Shown here: positions 24,880 to 39,079 of the stretch, in pieces
Numbering within the stretch: position 1 is the stretch's first letter
Layout of the letters: every line of letters starts with the position of its first letter
Assembly: GCF_009914755.1 (NCBI RefSeq)
Contig: NC_060939.1
DNA: 64,000 bases
From: the human T2T-CHM13v2.0 reference genome, Homo sapiens
Strand: one strand, 5' to 3'
Made by a program: the position numbers and the translations under genes
The notes under the pieces: generated by a model
What the model was told of the DNA's origin: nothing
Database searches by the model: none
Seen by the model: the letters and a program-made list of their open reading frames with translations, nothing else

Positions 24880-25185
24880 TTTGATAATAGCCATTTTTTT
24901 TCCACAATGAGATACTATCTTACTCCAGTTTAAGTGGCTATTACAAAAAAGACAGAAGTAACACATTTTGTGTGTTTTCAGAATCTCTATTTCATCATTT
25001 TTGCTCTGATTTTTCTTTCCTCCCTTCTACTAGTTTTGGGTTAATTCGTTCTTGCTTTTTTAATTTCTTGAGATGTAACATTAGAGTATTTGTTTGTGAT
25101 CTTTCTACTTTTTGATGTAGGCATTTATTGTTATAAACTACCCTCATAGAATGCTTTTGCTGTAGGTTTTGGTATGGTGTGGGTT
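24880..25185. mobile_element. Short L1 ORF2 fragments in mixed orientation
   Basis: ccacaatgagatactatcttactccag (+), then tttgctctgatttttctttcc...ttttgggttaattcgttcttgc (-). Confidence 0.65.
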
Positions 25186-26169
25186 GCAAAGATTTAACTT
25201 AAGCCTTATGTTTTCCAGGGTCCTGGATTAAGCAAATGTATCTGAATAAATAGTCTGTGGTGGGGTGAGAGTGGAATGAGGAGAGATGGTTATGGGCTTG
25301 GAGCTAGTTACTAATAAAATATGAACTGTATTCAAACAGCCATTGATTCTCTCTATAAGGAACTGCTGGGGCATAATTGGGCCCACCTGTCAATCATTTT
25401 GCACATATCCGGTTTGTTAGTTCTAAGTTGAAACCAGTTAAAATCTAGTTCCAAGGAAAAGTAAGTTACATCAGTTTGGTTCTTTTTATAGGAATGACAC
25501 TTGTATTCTCTATGATAAATCTTTTGCTTGTGCATAATGATTTCAGTCCTCTTCAGAGCAGATCTGGCTATTCCTTGGGGGATCCATAGGCATGAGTTTT
25601 ATTTTATTTTATTTTATTTTGCATTTTATCCTAAATATTTGACTGCATTTAATTCCAGATCATGATATATCTTTCCTAGGCCTACAGGCATATCTATATT
25701 GCTTTCCTAAGAACTTTGAAAGTCCCATATAAAATGAGATGAAACTTTAGGCTACTGACTCAGAGTTTCCTGGAAGACATGCATGTTTCCCACACTCAGG
25801 AAGGCCAAAATAAAAGAGATCTCTGCAGAAAGTCACTTAGACTGTCACCAGATAAGACAGTTTCTTCTATATCAATGCATTTTCATGTGCTAACATGTCT
25901 AATTAATGTAGGGAATGGCGAGATTGGCTAAATAAATAATTAACTTTGAGGGTAATTATTGAAACAAAAGCACAGTTAGTAAATGGATAATTACTATCTT
26001 TTGCTGTGGCCATTAGCTGGCCATATCCTAAAATCTAGATACAAATGACCGTGGTCTTTCTTATTGTAGAAGACATGCTTTTTTTTTTTTTTATGTCAAA
26101 TTCAAAGGAAAGAAACTTGCAATACAGAGAATTCAGGAAGGTAATATAGAGTGATACATTTTACTAAGA

Positions 26170-26405
26170 TTGTTGAAAGTGTAGGGCTTGAAGTCAACAA
26201 AGCTGAATTGGAACCCAAGTGCCACTATTTATTAGCTGTATATCCTTGGATGTATTAATGTTTCTGACTGCATCATCATCTGTCAAGTTAGGATAATTAT
26301 GTGTGAGGAAAATTTGTGAGGACTAAATGAGATAATGTATGTAATGTGTCCAGTATAACAAATGACATGTAGTAGGCACCCCAAAACTGATGGCAAATGT
26401 TATTT
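26170..26405 (+). mobile_element. MIR SINE
   Basis: ttagctgtatatccttgga...ttgtgaggactaaatgagataatgtatgtaa...tagtaggcaccc. Confidence 0.8.
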
Positions 26406-26995
26406 CTCATGGCATATTTAAAAGGCACAGTCATATCTCTCACTTGATCTATACTGCATTAAAAGTGCTGAACAGCTATATGAAAAGAATCACCCCCCAC
26501 CCAACCCTAAATGATTTAATTATTGCTCACTGAACCAGCTCATCTACCTAGATCATTGTCCTGGCTGCCTTGCTCCTGTGACCTGTTGCAGCCTTGAATG
26601 TCCTCTGCTGCTAGTCTTACCATGTTTCTTGGATCTGGCAAGTTACATAAGTCTATCCTTTTTTACTGCTGGAAACATCTTACCTTTTGGCTTCTTTTGC
26701 TTACTTTCAGCAATCTACCTGCACGGTTCCTCAGTTTCATCACTGCTCCTACCCCTTCCACCCACCTGACATTCATCTCTCCTATGTAAATAATTGGGTA
26801 AAGTGTGAAGGGGATATCTCCATGAGTTTTTGTACCTAGTTTCTATACCACTAAATTAGAGAAGTTCACCTTCACAAATGTGGGAGTGGGGAGACTGTAT
26901 TACCTCTGCCTTATAGGTGTTTGTAAAATTGGTTTAGATTCTGAAAATGATGTTCTCATGGGAAAGTGGATAGCCAGAGAGAATCCTAAAACATT

Positions 26996-27470
26996 TGTGC
27001 TGGAAATTTTCATTTACCTCTCCCCACACCCCTAGATCAACTCTTCACTTTTCTTCAACCTACATTTTACTCCAAAAGGCTGACCTCCATGGGCTGCATC
27101 CATCAAGCTCTCTTGCCCTGTGGCTTCTGGTTGAATTTGGCCACTGAAAGATACTAGCAGGAGATAAGAGGGTAGGAGAGAAGGAGCAAGGTTGGAGTAT
27201 TATTACTCTGCTCCCTCTTTGTTTAGGCCACAGTTTGACAGTCCTTGCTTTTCTCTGTCTCAGGCCACAGCTCCTGTGGAAGCATGGAGACATTCCAAAG
27301 CCACAGCTATTGCTCCCATTCTGGAAATGGTGCCTCTTCCTTGATCCTTCAGATCTTGGGGTATTAATAGTCTATCCCCTGGGTGCTTTACCCTGGGTAC
27401 TGATGGTTTCCCTTAAGTTATCCTGACTCTTGAAAATAGTCCTATTACTAAACTCTTTCAGTTTCTGTGC
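26996..27470 (+). mobile_element. LTR33-like (ERVL) solo LTR
   Basis: ttgccctgtggcttctggttgaatttggccactg...agcaggagataagagggtaggagag...aaatagtcctattactaaactc. Confidence 0.7.
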
Positions 27471-28258
27471 TTTGATTGATAGAGAAAGGAGTAGTGATTC
27501 TCTCAGCAAGGTCAGAGCACCTAAGTGCTCCAGACACAGGGAATATGGGACTTCTGGATATTCCAGGGCAATCAAGAATGAGGAGTTGAGGGAGGGTTTA
27601 TAAACTGTCCATCAGCTGAACCTTGGCAGGTATAGTTTTGATGGTCAAAGTGCATCCATTGAAGCCTAGATCTTACCAAACAACTGGTTTGGTGGTGAGA
27701 ACTTCTTGAAATAAATGTTGTGATCTAGTGAAAAAACTGGCTTGATTGCCTAACTGTTCAGTCTTAACTCTAGCCAGAGGAACAGGCCATAGTTACTGGT
27801 GTTAGTTTGCATTTGGAGGTGGTATAGTGAAGTCTTCTCAGTGACTGAATTTAGCAAATGACAGTTCATAGTCTTTGAGAGGAAGAGTGAATTCTTGCTC
27901 AATAACAGGTTTATGTTTTTTAAAAAATGAATTATTAAATCAGATTCCTATTTTGTTTTTATGGCATTAAAATATTTTTAAATTCATAAAGGAATTCTGA
28001 AGAGCCTTCAAGGGGTAGGTAGTCAAAATTTCCTCAGCACTTTGTATGGCTCTGCCAAAGTCTATCCAAATAGACCAATTAAAAAATATTAATTTAAAGC
28101 AATGTTTTAGGATGTCATTGACACATTTAGAGTCTCTTGTAATGGAATGTGGATAACTGAAGCCATTATTTGGGTAACTAAAAATATGATTTTTAGGAAT
28201 TATCCAGGAAATATAATTAAAATAATATTTTTGATTTGAATTTTAAAAATGTTCCATT

Positions 28259-29971
28259 TAACCACGAAACACTGCTCAAATAAATCAGAGATGACACAAA
28301 CAAATGCAAAAACATTCCATGCTCATGAATAGGAAGAATCAAAATAGTTAAAATGGCCATATTGCCCAAAGGGATTTATAGATTCAATGCTATTTATATT
28401 AAACTACCAAGGACATTCTTCACAGAAGTAGAAGAAGCTGTTTTAAAATTCATATGAAACAAACAAACAAACAAAAGCCTGAATATCCAAGACAATCCTA
28501 AGCAAGAGGAACAAAGCTGGAGGCATCATGTTACTTGACTTCAAACTACACTACCGGGCTACAGTAACCAAAACAACATGGTTCTGGTACAAGAACTGAT
28601 GCATAGACCAATGGAACAGAACAGAGAACCCAGAAATAAGGCCGCATACCTACAACTATCTGATCTTCAGCAAATCTGACAAAAACAAGCAATGGGGAAA
28701 GGACTCTCTATGTAATAAATGGTGCTGTGATAACTGGCTAGCTGTATGCAAAAGATTAAAACTGGACCCCTTCCTTACACTACATACAAAAATTAACTCA
28801 AGATGGACTAAAGACTTAAATATAAAATGCAAAACCATAAAAGTCCTGGAAGACAATATAGGCAATACCATTCAGGACATAAAGTACGGGCAAAGATTTA
28901 ATGACAAAGATGCCAAAAGCAATTGCAACAAAGGCAAACATTGACAAATGGGATCTAATTAAGCTAAAGAGCTTCCGTACAGCAAAAGAAACTATTAGCA
29001 AAGTAAACGGACAACCTACAGCATGGGAGAAAATTTTTGCAAACTATGCATCTGACAAAGGTCTAATATCTAGCATTTATAAGGAACTTAAACAAATTTA
29101 CAAGAAAAAAGACAAATAACCTCATTAAGAAGTGGGCAAAGGACATTAACAAGCACTTCTCAAAAGAAGACATACATGCAGCTAACACACATGAAGAAAA
29201 GCTCAACACCACTCATCACTAGACAAATAAAATCAAAACCACAATGAGGTACCATCTCACACCAGTCAGAATGGCTATTATTAAAACGTCAAAAAATAAC
29301 AGATGCTGGTGAGGTTGTGAAGAAAAAGGAATGCTTATACACTGTTGGTGGGACTGTAAACTAGTTCAATCATTGTGGAAGATACTGTGGCAATTCCTAA
29401 AAGACCTAAAAACAGAAATACCGTTTGACCCAGCAATCCATTACTGGGTATATACCCAAGGGAATATAAATTATTCTATCACAAAGACACATGCATGGAT
29501 ATGTTCATTGCATCACTATTCACAATAGCAAAGACATGGAACCAACCTAAATGCCCATCAGTGATAGACTGGATAAAGAAAAGGTGGTACATATACACCA
29601 CGGAATACTATACAGCCATAAAAAAGAATGACAACATGTCCTTTGTGGGAACATGAGTGGAGCTGGAGTTAGGCTTAGCAAACTGACACAGGAACAAAAA
29701 ATCAAATGCCACATGTTCTTACTTCTAAGTGGGAGATAAATGATGAGAATACTCGAACACATAGAAGGAAACAACATACAATGGGGCCTAGAAGAGGGTG
29801 GAGGGTGGGAGGAGGGAGAGGATCAGGAAAAATAACTAATGAGTACTAGGCTTAATGCCTGGGTGATGAAATAATCTGTACAACAAACCCCCATGACATA
29901 AATTTACCTATGTAACAAACCTACACACGTATCCCTGAACTTAAAATAAAAGTTAAATTAAAAAATAAATG
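28259..29971 (+). mobile_element. L1PA13-16-like LINE, 5' truncated (~1.7 kb)
   Basis: ORF2 C-terminal remnants ([22 protein letters not shown]). Perfect 12-bp TSD aaatgttccatt 28247-28258 / 29972-29983, next to a TTTT/AAAA endonuclease site. Confidence 0.96.
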
Positions 29972-30164
29972 AAATGTTCCATTCAACTAGTAACAGAGTG
30001 TCATAAATAATTAGGTCCTTTGAAAGTGGTATGATATTTATAACTTAACATTTCATCATTCTAGCCTAAAAGAGCATGAAGATGGCTTCTTGTACTGAAC
30101 TGAAGTATAATATATATGTATATATAATAGTTGTTATAAATATAAATATGTATATGAGTAATAC

Positions 30165-30360
30165 ATCTCTCAGGCACAATGCTAAACTTTTTATGTGCAG
30201 TTATCTTAAGCCCAACAATTCTATAAAATAGTTATCATTTCCAGTTTACAGAAAAGGAAACTGGAACTCCAGTAACTTGCCCAAGGCCTTACAGCTGTAA
30301 ATGACAGAGCCATGACTGAGCCCAAGTCAGCCAAACTCAAAAGTGTTTATGCTTAACAAT
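30165..30360 (-). mobile_element. MIR SINE
   Basis: tttacagaaaaggaaactgg...taacttgcccaaggccttacagctgtaaatgacagagcc. Confidence 0.8.
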
Positions 30361-31761
30361 GGAGCAAGAATGTTTGTATGAAGAGGATTAAAATTGACAG
30401 TCAAGTCCTTGGGAAATTTTTCTAAAATCTATTTTATGTTTCTCATAAAGATGTTTTTCATGAAGTCTTCTCTAATTCATAAAGTATAATATTTTGATTA
30501 GGATGACTGGAAGGATAGTTCAGATAAGGATACTTGTCCTTATGTTTAATGTATTTTTCATCATTACTCCATTCTAAAAATGAAAAAAAAAAAAGAACTT
30601 TGAGAGAAAGCAGGGAAAACAATCAAGTGAAATTTAACACTTCTGATGTATTTTGCATCCAGGCACCTGGGCTGTCTGAAAAATGCATTCTGATGTGAGA
30701 AAGAAATTCAACTTACAGCTGAGTTTATAGAAGGTCTGTATTTTTTACATGTCCTTTTTCTTCGGCCACAACAGCAAGTCTGTTTTAAGGGGTCAGCTAC
30801 ATCTTAAACTCTCAAAGTATAGGGTAAGTTGTGGTTTCTCTAGAATTTCCATCGCTGTGACTGATGCATAAAATAACCCATCACGTGTAGTCTTGTGTCA
30901 CCAGTGTGCAGGGGGAAAGCCAGATGCCATAGATGTGGTTGTCATGGAAACCAGCAGTTGCTCTTGCAAAGGTTTTCAAGTCAATACAAAGTTTCTGTTA
31001 AAGTACATGCAATTCTGCAGGTGGAGACGTGATCATAAAGCTTTGGCTTCTCTCTTTGTCCCACAAAATAAGAGCATGAAGTTCTTTTCCTTGCTCACAA
31101 CTTTCAATAGAAAGAAAGATGCCACGAGAAACCTATAATCCTGGGAAACACGTATATATTTAAAACACGTTTAGGAACAAATGGTATACATGTAAAGTCA
31201 GCATCATGGCTAGCAGATAAAAATATTTTTGAAGGAAGGATTCTGGAAGTGGCAGTGGAAAAGACTGACTTTATTCTTTTCCCATTTTATAGACCCATCT
31301 CATCTTTGCCTTCAAAAAGATATCAGTGGATGGAAAAGATGAACACATTTGTAACCTGGGATCCTCTAAGAGGCTCTTCAGGGACCTGGTTAGGAGCAAA
31401 TGGATCTGGTCCCTTTCATCTACTTTGACTTCTCTTGTTCTGTTGTGAGTGTGAGGGGTTGTGAATGTACTAATAGCAAGAGGGCAAGGTTCTCAGAGAC
31501 ACAAGAAATAAGCTGCATCTAAATGCAAATACACTTAGGGCTGGAGTGACATCTAAAAAGCTACCTTGGATAATAGAAACCTTTCATAGAAGGTTTCCAG
31601 GCAAAATACACAATAGGGGAAGAAACATATTACTTGTTTTCTTTTTAAAAATCCTCTTAAGAATTTGTGATCAGCCTCCATTTTAGTTCTGAAGTGGTCA
31701 GAGCCTCATGAAAGCGGAGAGGAAAGAGCAGTTAGTCTCTTGACTCCTGGCCTAAAGCTGA

Positions 31762-32275
<514 letters not shown>

Positions 32276-32489
32276 TTCATTGGCTATTTCAATATGGATG
32301 TGGGGATACGCCCGTTTAATTGTAGAGAGTCTGTTTCTAAATGATATTGAAAATGTGATAGATGTGTCATGGCTGAGGGAAGGACATCTTTTCTCCACAC
32401 TTTCACCTTCTCAGGATATGAATGGATGGTAGGACCTAGGAGGTTGGAGGTGTGAGTTGGGCTGTTGCCTCAATTAAAGGAGGCAGCAA

Positions 32490-33235
32490 TATCACCCTGA
32501 CAAATGAGTGTTTTGGAACTTGTCCTTAAACCTGTCCTCTTTTCTCTATGCCCACTGTCACTGTGTCACCCAGGCCACCATCATCTCTTGCTTGGGTTGC
32601 AGCAATAACCTCCTAGGTCATCCCCCGATCCCACTTTTCTCCTCCAAACATTTTTTTTTTTTTAATTGGAGCCAAAGCAACCAAACTTAAAACTAATAAA
32701 TGCCTTCTCACTGCATTTAGGAAAAAGCTCGGGACCTTCACCGGGCCCTCTAGGCTTTACAATTACTCACCCCTCTGACCTGGCTCTCATGGCTTCCTCC
32801 CTGTTTTTGTACTATTCAGCCATCAAGGACTTCTCTGTTTCCCAAACAGAACCATACTCTCTCAGTTTGTGGACCTCAGGGACTCCCAGCTCCCTCTGTC
32901 TAGAATGACCTTTCTGCCTTTTTAATCCCCACTCTCCTTCTGGTACCACTTAATCTAGTCGACTTCTACTGATCTTTAGGTGTTTAGTTTAAATGGTAAG
33001 CCCTTATTAAGGACTACTCTCCAGGCTAGGTTGGGTCTGGCTGAGTGTCTACAGCACTTTTAAATTCTTTTGGACTTCTCAGTCCACACAGTGTGAAGTC
33101 CACACTTCACAGCTGAAGTGGGACTAATTTAAAGTGTATTTTTCCCGGTAGACAGAAAGTTTTTGAGTACAGGTACCATGTCTTGTTTACTTGGAACCTG
33201 GTACATCATGAGGTGCTTAACAAATGTTTGCAGAC
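32490..33235 (+). mobile_element. L2 LINE 3' region
   Basis: caggccaccatcatctcttgcttggg...aataacctcct; ends gaggtgcttaacaaatgtttg. Confidence 0.75.
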
Positions 33236-33949
33236 TCTATGACTGGCTGACCATGGAGGCAACATCTGTGATGTTTTGTTGCTGATCTGTGAATCAGCCA
33301 CCAGGTTGGTTTTCCTCCTCTTTAATCCTTCTCTGGGTATAATGTGTACCCTGATTTTGGGACTTGGCCGGGGCACAATTATACATACGGCAAAGTCAAC
33401 TTGATGAGCCATCAGAAGGTATACTGGCTTCCCTGTATACCATTTTGCATTGTAGATTTCTGTATCACCAGAAAAACTAGACAACAAGCAAAAGATGCAG
33501 TCAAACTTGCTATCTGGAATAGAGTAGGAAAAAAATACACTCCCTTTAATTTACTGCATTTGTTCCTTTAAAAAAATCCATGAATTCAGGCAATCCAGTT
33601 CGTGTAGACCCAGTGAGACAGGGATCAATATCTGGTTTTTCAGAGATGAGACTGCATATACTACAGATTCAAAACTAAAAATCCATATAGTCTGCTACAA
33701 TTCAAGGCAGCCACTGCAGGGCTGTGGGTCACAAAAAGAGCATTCTCCCTGCACCAGTGGCTTGGTTCTTCCTGGGAATGAAAAATGGAAGAGAAGGTGG
33801 CCTATTCTTGTTTTCTCTTGGGAAATTGAAGAAAAAGGAAGTTACCTGCAAAACAGGGTTTATTAATCTCAGCCTGAATATGCTCATTTTAGACAAATTG
33901 GGAAGAACAGAAATGTATAAAGGAACAGGAAAAAATTTGGTATTATGAA

Positions 33950-34620
33950 ACTATTACTCATAGGCCATTCCTGTTAAACTGTTGGCATACATTCCTTTAA
34001 TATATTGCACAGTGTTTTACATGGTTGAATTTATACTAGGTCATATTATGGTTTTCCTTAATTATATAAAGTAAGCATTTCTCTCTACACTTAGCCAATC
34101 TGAGTTTTAATAGCTGTAAACATTTTTATCGTTTAGGTGTGCCATAAATTTACTCAATCATTCATCTTTTATTGGAACTGTAGGATGTGTCCTGTTTTTT
34201 TCACTATCATAAATACAACTGAAATGAATATATAAAATGTGTAGACATTTTGGTCTATAGTTCTGATTACTTCAGTGGGATACATTCCTAGAAATGTTAT
34301 GGCTGATTTAAAAATATATGAACAATTTTTGAAGGCTCTTGATACACATAAACAAAATGGACTCTAATTTACATTCCATCATTTTTGGGGACTATTTTTG
34401 ATATTCAGTTTTCCTATCCAGAACACACATATCCATTTATTTAAAAAATTGTCAGTGAAGTTTTATAATGTTCTTCTTATAGGCATATTTTCCTGTAAAA
34501 TTTTTTTCTATATATTCAACATTTTCCCTGATTTGTGAATGGAATTAAAATTTTTTTTTCTTTTCTAACTGTGAAGCATTGCACATTTATTTTGCTTTTC
34601 ACTGTAGATTACTTATTGGA
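33950..34620 (-). mobile_element. L1ME-like fragment
   Basis: ttttaatagctgtaaac...tgtgccataaatttactcaatcattc...ctatcataaatacaactgaaatgaata. Confidence 0.55.
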
Positions 34621-36269
34621 AAAGGTTGATAGAGAAGAAAAGGAGGCCTATGGAAATATGCATTGATAAATGGAGCCTCCCTGAAAATTAAGATGGATCT
34701 TTCCTCCCACAACACCAAAAACGGGAGAAGTCAGTGGATATTTGACAGCAGAGGGTAGACAGCCAGTCAGGATGCTTGAAAAGGATAGGTGAATCCATGA
34801 CCAACATCTCTTAGGAACTGACAAAGTAAAAAAGCAGAACCTGAGTGGTGGGAGGATTTATCTCTGGGGAAAAGGAAGGTTCATTTTATCTTGAGGCTGC
34901 AGGGAAAGATGGGTGCAAAGATAGATGGGGGAAAAGTTGGTGAGGAAGTGTGCACTGGGTAACCCCAATCCCAGCAAACTAGATCAGTGGCTGAAGGGGT
35001 GGAGGAGATTCTGGGACTGAGAGTGAGAGAAAAGTGGAGAATAACCACCATGGGCACTGTGAGGGGAATATCATCACCAAGATCCCCTCACTTCAGCTTC
35101 CTAAAGCTTGAATAAAATTGGAGCCTTCCCAGTGCCATCTATTGCTGTGGGTTTACCCCAAAGCCAGCTACAACACAACTGATTTTAATGAAAACAGAAC
35201 ATGGAAGCTGAACAGAAGCCCACATTTAAATGCTACCAGGAATCTGGAGAGAAATAAAAAAAATTCATGCAGTCGTATGAATGCTTTAAATTAGCAGGGG
35301 TTAGGCAAGTTGAGCATAACCTGAATTTATCATTTTTCTTTTCTTATGGGGCTATTGGCAGGCAAAAGATGCTTTTTAAATTTCTCCCTGATCATGGGTC
35401 TTTCTGAACCTCAAAAATCTTTTAATAAAGTAATATCTGATTAGTGTAAGAGGCTCTCATTGTCTGTGGTGAGTGCCAGTATGCAGTACCTCAATATTTA
35501 ATCTGTATGGTAACTGGCAATGCTTTATTCATGCTCACCAGTGAGGTTATGAGGATATTGTTAATTGCATAATTTTCTCTTTGTTCAAATATGCACACTT
35601 CCGTTTGTTTCAGACTTGGAAAAGAACTTGTTCTTTTTTTCTTTTCTTTCCCTTTCTTATCTTTTTCTTTCTTTATTCTAGCTTTTCCATTTAGGCTCAT
35701 GTCTAAGAATTAAAATCTAGGGTCCATTAGGCGTCATTTATCTGTGAGATGAATTCTATATTCCATCTATTGATTCTATTGTGGGTGAACATTTAGGGGT
35801 TTAGGTAAGCACTAGCTGGTTCCCTAAATAGGACTTACATTATTCCTTTAATACAGAATGAAAACGGAGGGAAATACCTTCATTTGAACAGCTTGGGAGA
35901 AAATGCTTTATATATTAAGAGCCGTTGTATGTAATACATGTAGTTTTCTGATAAGTGAAATGAAAATAAGTATTCTCCATGATATTGATCCAATGGAATA
36001 CACTTAATAATTCCAAGCCCATTTGCCTTTAAATGATGCCTTCTGGGATGTAGATATTTTTCAAACCAGGGATATTTTGTGATTGCAAATAGCAAGTAGA
36101 TATCTTTTTTGTAGTGAATTTGCCAGAAATGATGAAAAAGTTGTTAAGGGAAGATTGTGGCTCCATTATAGCCCTGAAAAGAATCTTGACAGCCTCTGTC
36201 CCTGGTAATATCTGCATCTCAAGGTGTCTTATTTGTATGGATACCTATTATTAGTAAGCTATTTACTAA

Positions 36270-36930
36270 CCAGCCATTTAAAATTGCAAAACCCACTGGT
36301 CTTTGCTCAGTTCTTACTGTTAGTTTCTCTATGCATTTGGCTTAAAGCATTTTTCCCATGCTACTTTGACATTGAACTATCTAAATTTACTCCTCCTTTT
36401 CTAATCATTTCTTCTTTGTCTCCTTTGATGGTTTCTTCTGTTCTCTAAATGTGAGTGTTCCTCAAGGAATGGGGTGGTATTCTGTCTTTTCCCTTCTTAG
36501 TTCTCTGCCTTGGAGAGCTTCTTCATTCTCTTGGTCTCTATCAACATCTCTATTTAGATGCTGATTTCAGAGCTCTCATTTCATAACTCTTGGGAATTTC
36601 CATTTGGATTTTCCACCACACCTCAAGCTTCACTTATCTAAAAGCTGTTGTCTTCTATTCCAAAACGGCGTTCCTGCCTATGTTTCTCTTTTATATACCG
36701 TCCTTTCGCTCACTTAAATGTCAATCTTGCAGCCACCTTTGGCTTCTCCTTTTCCATAGTCCTTCCATATCTGGCCAGCCACTATTTGTTTTCATTACGC
36801 CTCCAAAAATTCTCTATAATCGCTACCAATCTTTTACTCTTCACTCCAACTACCTCTCAAAATTGGCTCTTAAGATCTCATATTTGGATTGTTGCAGTAG
36901 TTATACATAATTTACTGAGATAACTTTTTT
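36270..36930 (+). mobile_element. L2 fragment
   Basis: Pyrimidine-rich L2 ORF2/3' pattern (ctaaatgtgagtgttcctcaagg; atctcatatttggattgttgcagtag). Confidence 0.55.
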
Positions 36931-37724
36931 CTTACTGCTACACGATTTTATCTTTCCCCCATAACAAGATGGCAACCTAGTTTTTCTGTTCTATGCCTCT
37001 GGAACTTTTGTGAAGGGGAGTGAATATGGCAAAAAAATATGTCTCCAGACAGCCTCTACCCAACATATTGTTTGCAAAAGCATAAGCTCCTCAAGGAGAA
37101 TTATTTTGGATCATTCTCGAGGGGAAGTAGGAGGTGAATGATTGAATTTGGGAGGCAGAAGTGGGCCAAGCTAAAGAGGTGGGAAGTTCTTTAGAGAATT
37201 CTTTTTGAGACAAGGAAGGGTGTAAGATTTGGTAAGTTCTTTATAGTCAGTAACATTACTGTTCTCCCTTTCGGTGGGGTTACTGGGACTTCTGATGGGT
37301 GAGGCTGAGTGATCAATGGGCCAAACTTTAAGAGCTATTGCCTTAGGACCAGCAGTCACTAAAAGGTCCCGCTACCCTTGGTTGCTTATCCTCTAGGAAG
37401 CATGCAGCCTTAGACAATGAGCTCATCAGTTGTAACAGTGCACTCTGAAAACTGGAGAGTCCTTCCCTAAATGCTTTGTGTAGGGCATAGTGTGCCCTAG
37501 GATTCTGGCTTGACTTCAGGGAGGGAGGATTATCTCAGGTATAAGTTCAGCTGTTGTAATACAGAGACTCTCAATTACAGAGACGCAAACAAGTTAAAAG
37601 TTTTTTTCTCTCTCTGTAACAATCTGGAAGTAAGCTAGCGGCCCACCTCTGATAATCAGCCTTGCACCTAAGTCATTTAGGAATCCATGTTTCTTCCATA
37701 TTAGTATCTTGCCTTCCGCTAGAA

Positions 37725-38232
37725 CAGGATTTTAAAATCTTCTGCCATGACCTTCCTGGATAATCTGGTAAAGTGTGTGGACTCTGTCCCAGAAAAATAG
37801 TTTTAAATACATTAAAAAATACATAGGATGATAACAAAGGAAGTAAATAAGAATAAAATACAATTATCACAAAATTTAAAAGACAAATTTGTGATATAAT
37901 TATCCTTCTTTGTTAATTGTGGTGTGTCTAATAAGTACCACATCTACTGGTGTGTCTAATAGGTACCATAGTTTCGAAATAGTGATGAGCATAAATCATT
38001 ATTTCATGTAGTATGATATGAAAATAACTATAATTTCTGATAGTGACAAGGCCACAGATATTGTGATTACTGTTGTGGTTTGTTGCCTACATTTATAATT
38101 AAAGAAAATGCTGAACTTCAATGAGAGATTGCTAAAAATAAAGACAGAATTTTTCCAATCTAGGTTTCTGGACGCTCTGAATTCTGTTCATGGATGTTCT
38201 GCAGATCTGTCAACCCCAGGCTAAGGACCCTG
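37725..38232. mobile_element. hAT-Charlie DNA transposon (Charlie4-like)
   Basis: Termini caggattttaa / ctaaggaccctg; internal ctgttgtggtttgttgcctacatttataattaaagaaaatgctgaacttca. Confidence 0.65.
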
Positions 38233-38456
38233 TACTGGAGTATTGAAGCTGGCACACCTCCATGTCCATGTTCCAGTTCTAAGATAGAAGTCCATGGCAA
38301 GCAATCTTGTCTTTAGGGAGTTGAAATCACGCCTATAATTTCTTTTTACATCCCATTGGCTTGAACCTAGTCCTATGGCCACATCTTGCTTTAAGAGAAA
38401 CTGAGTGAGGGGATTTGTAATCAGGTGGCCAGGAGCCCAGCTAAAACTGGGGTTTA

Positions 38457-38898
<442 letters not shown>

Positions 38899-39079
38899 TT
38901 AGAGAAGATTATTGTGAGGATTAACTAGAGTGTGTTCAAGTGGTTGGTAAGGAGTAAGTGCTCAATAAATATTCACTAAAGATGTCTTGCATGTGACCAG
39001 GGTCTGTTAGAGGCATAATAAACTATGGGAGATAATGTATTGAAATTCCTGTGATAAAAGGGGTAAAATATTTATATTT

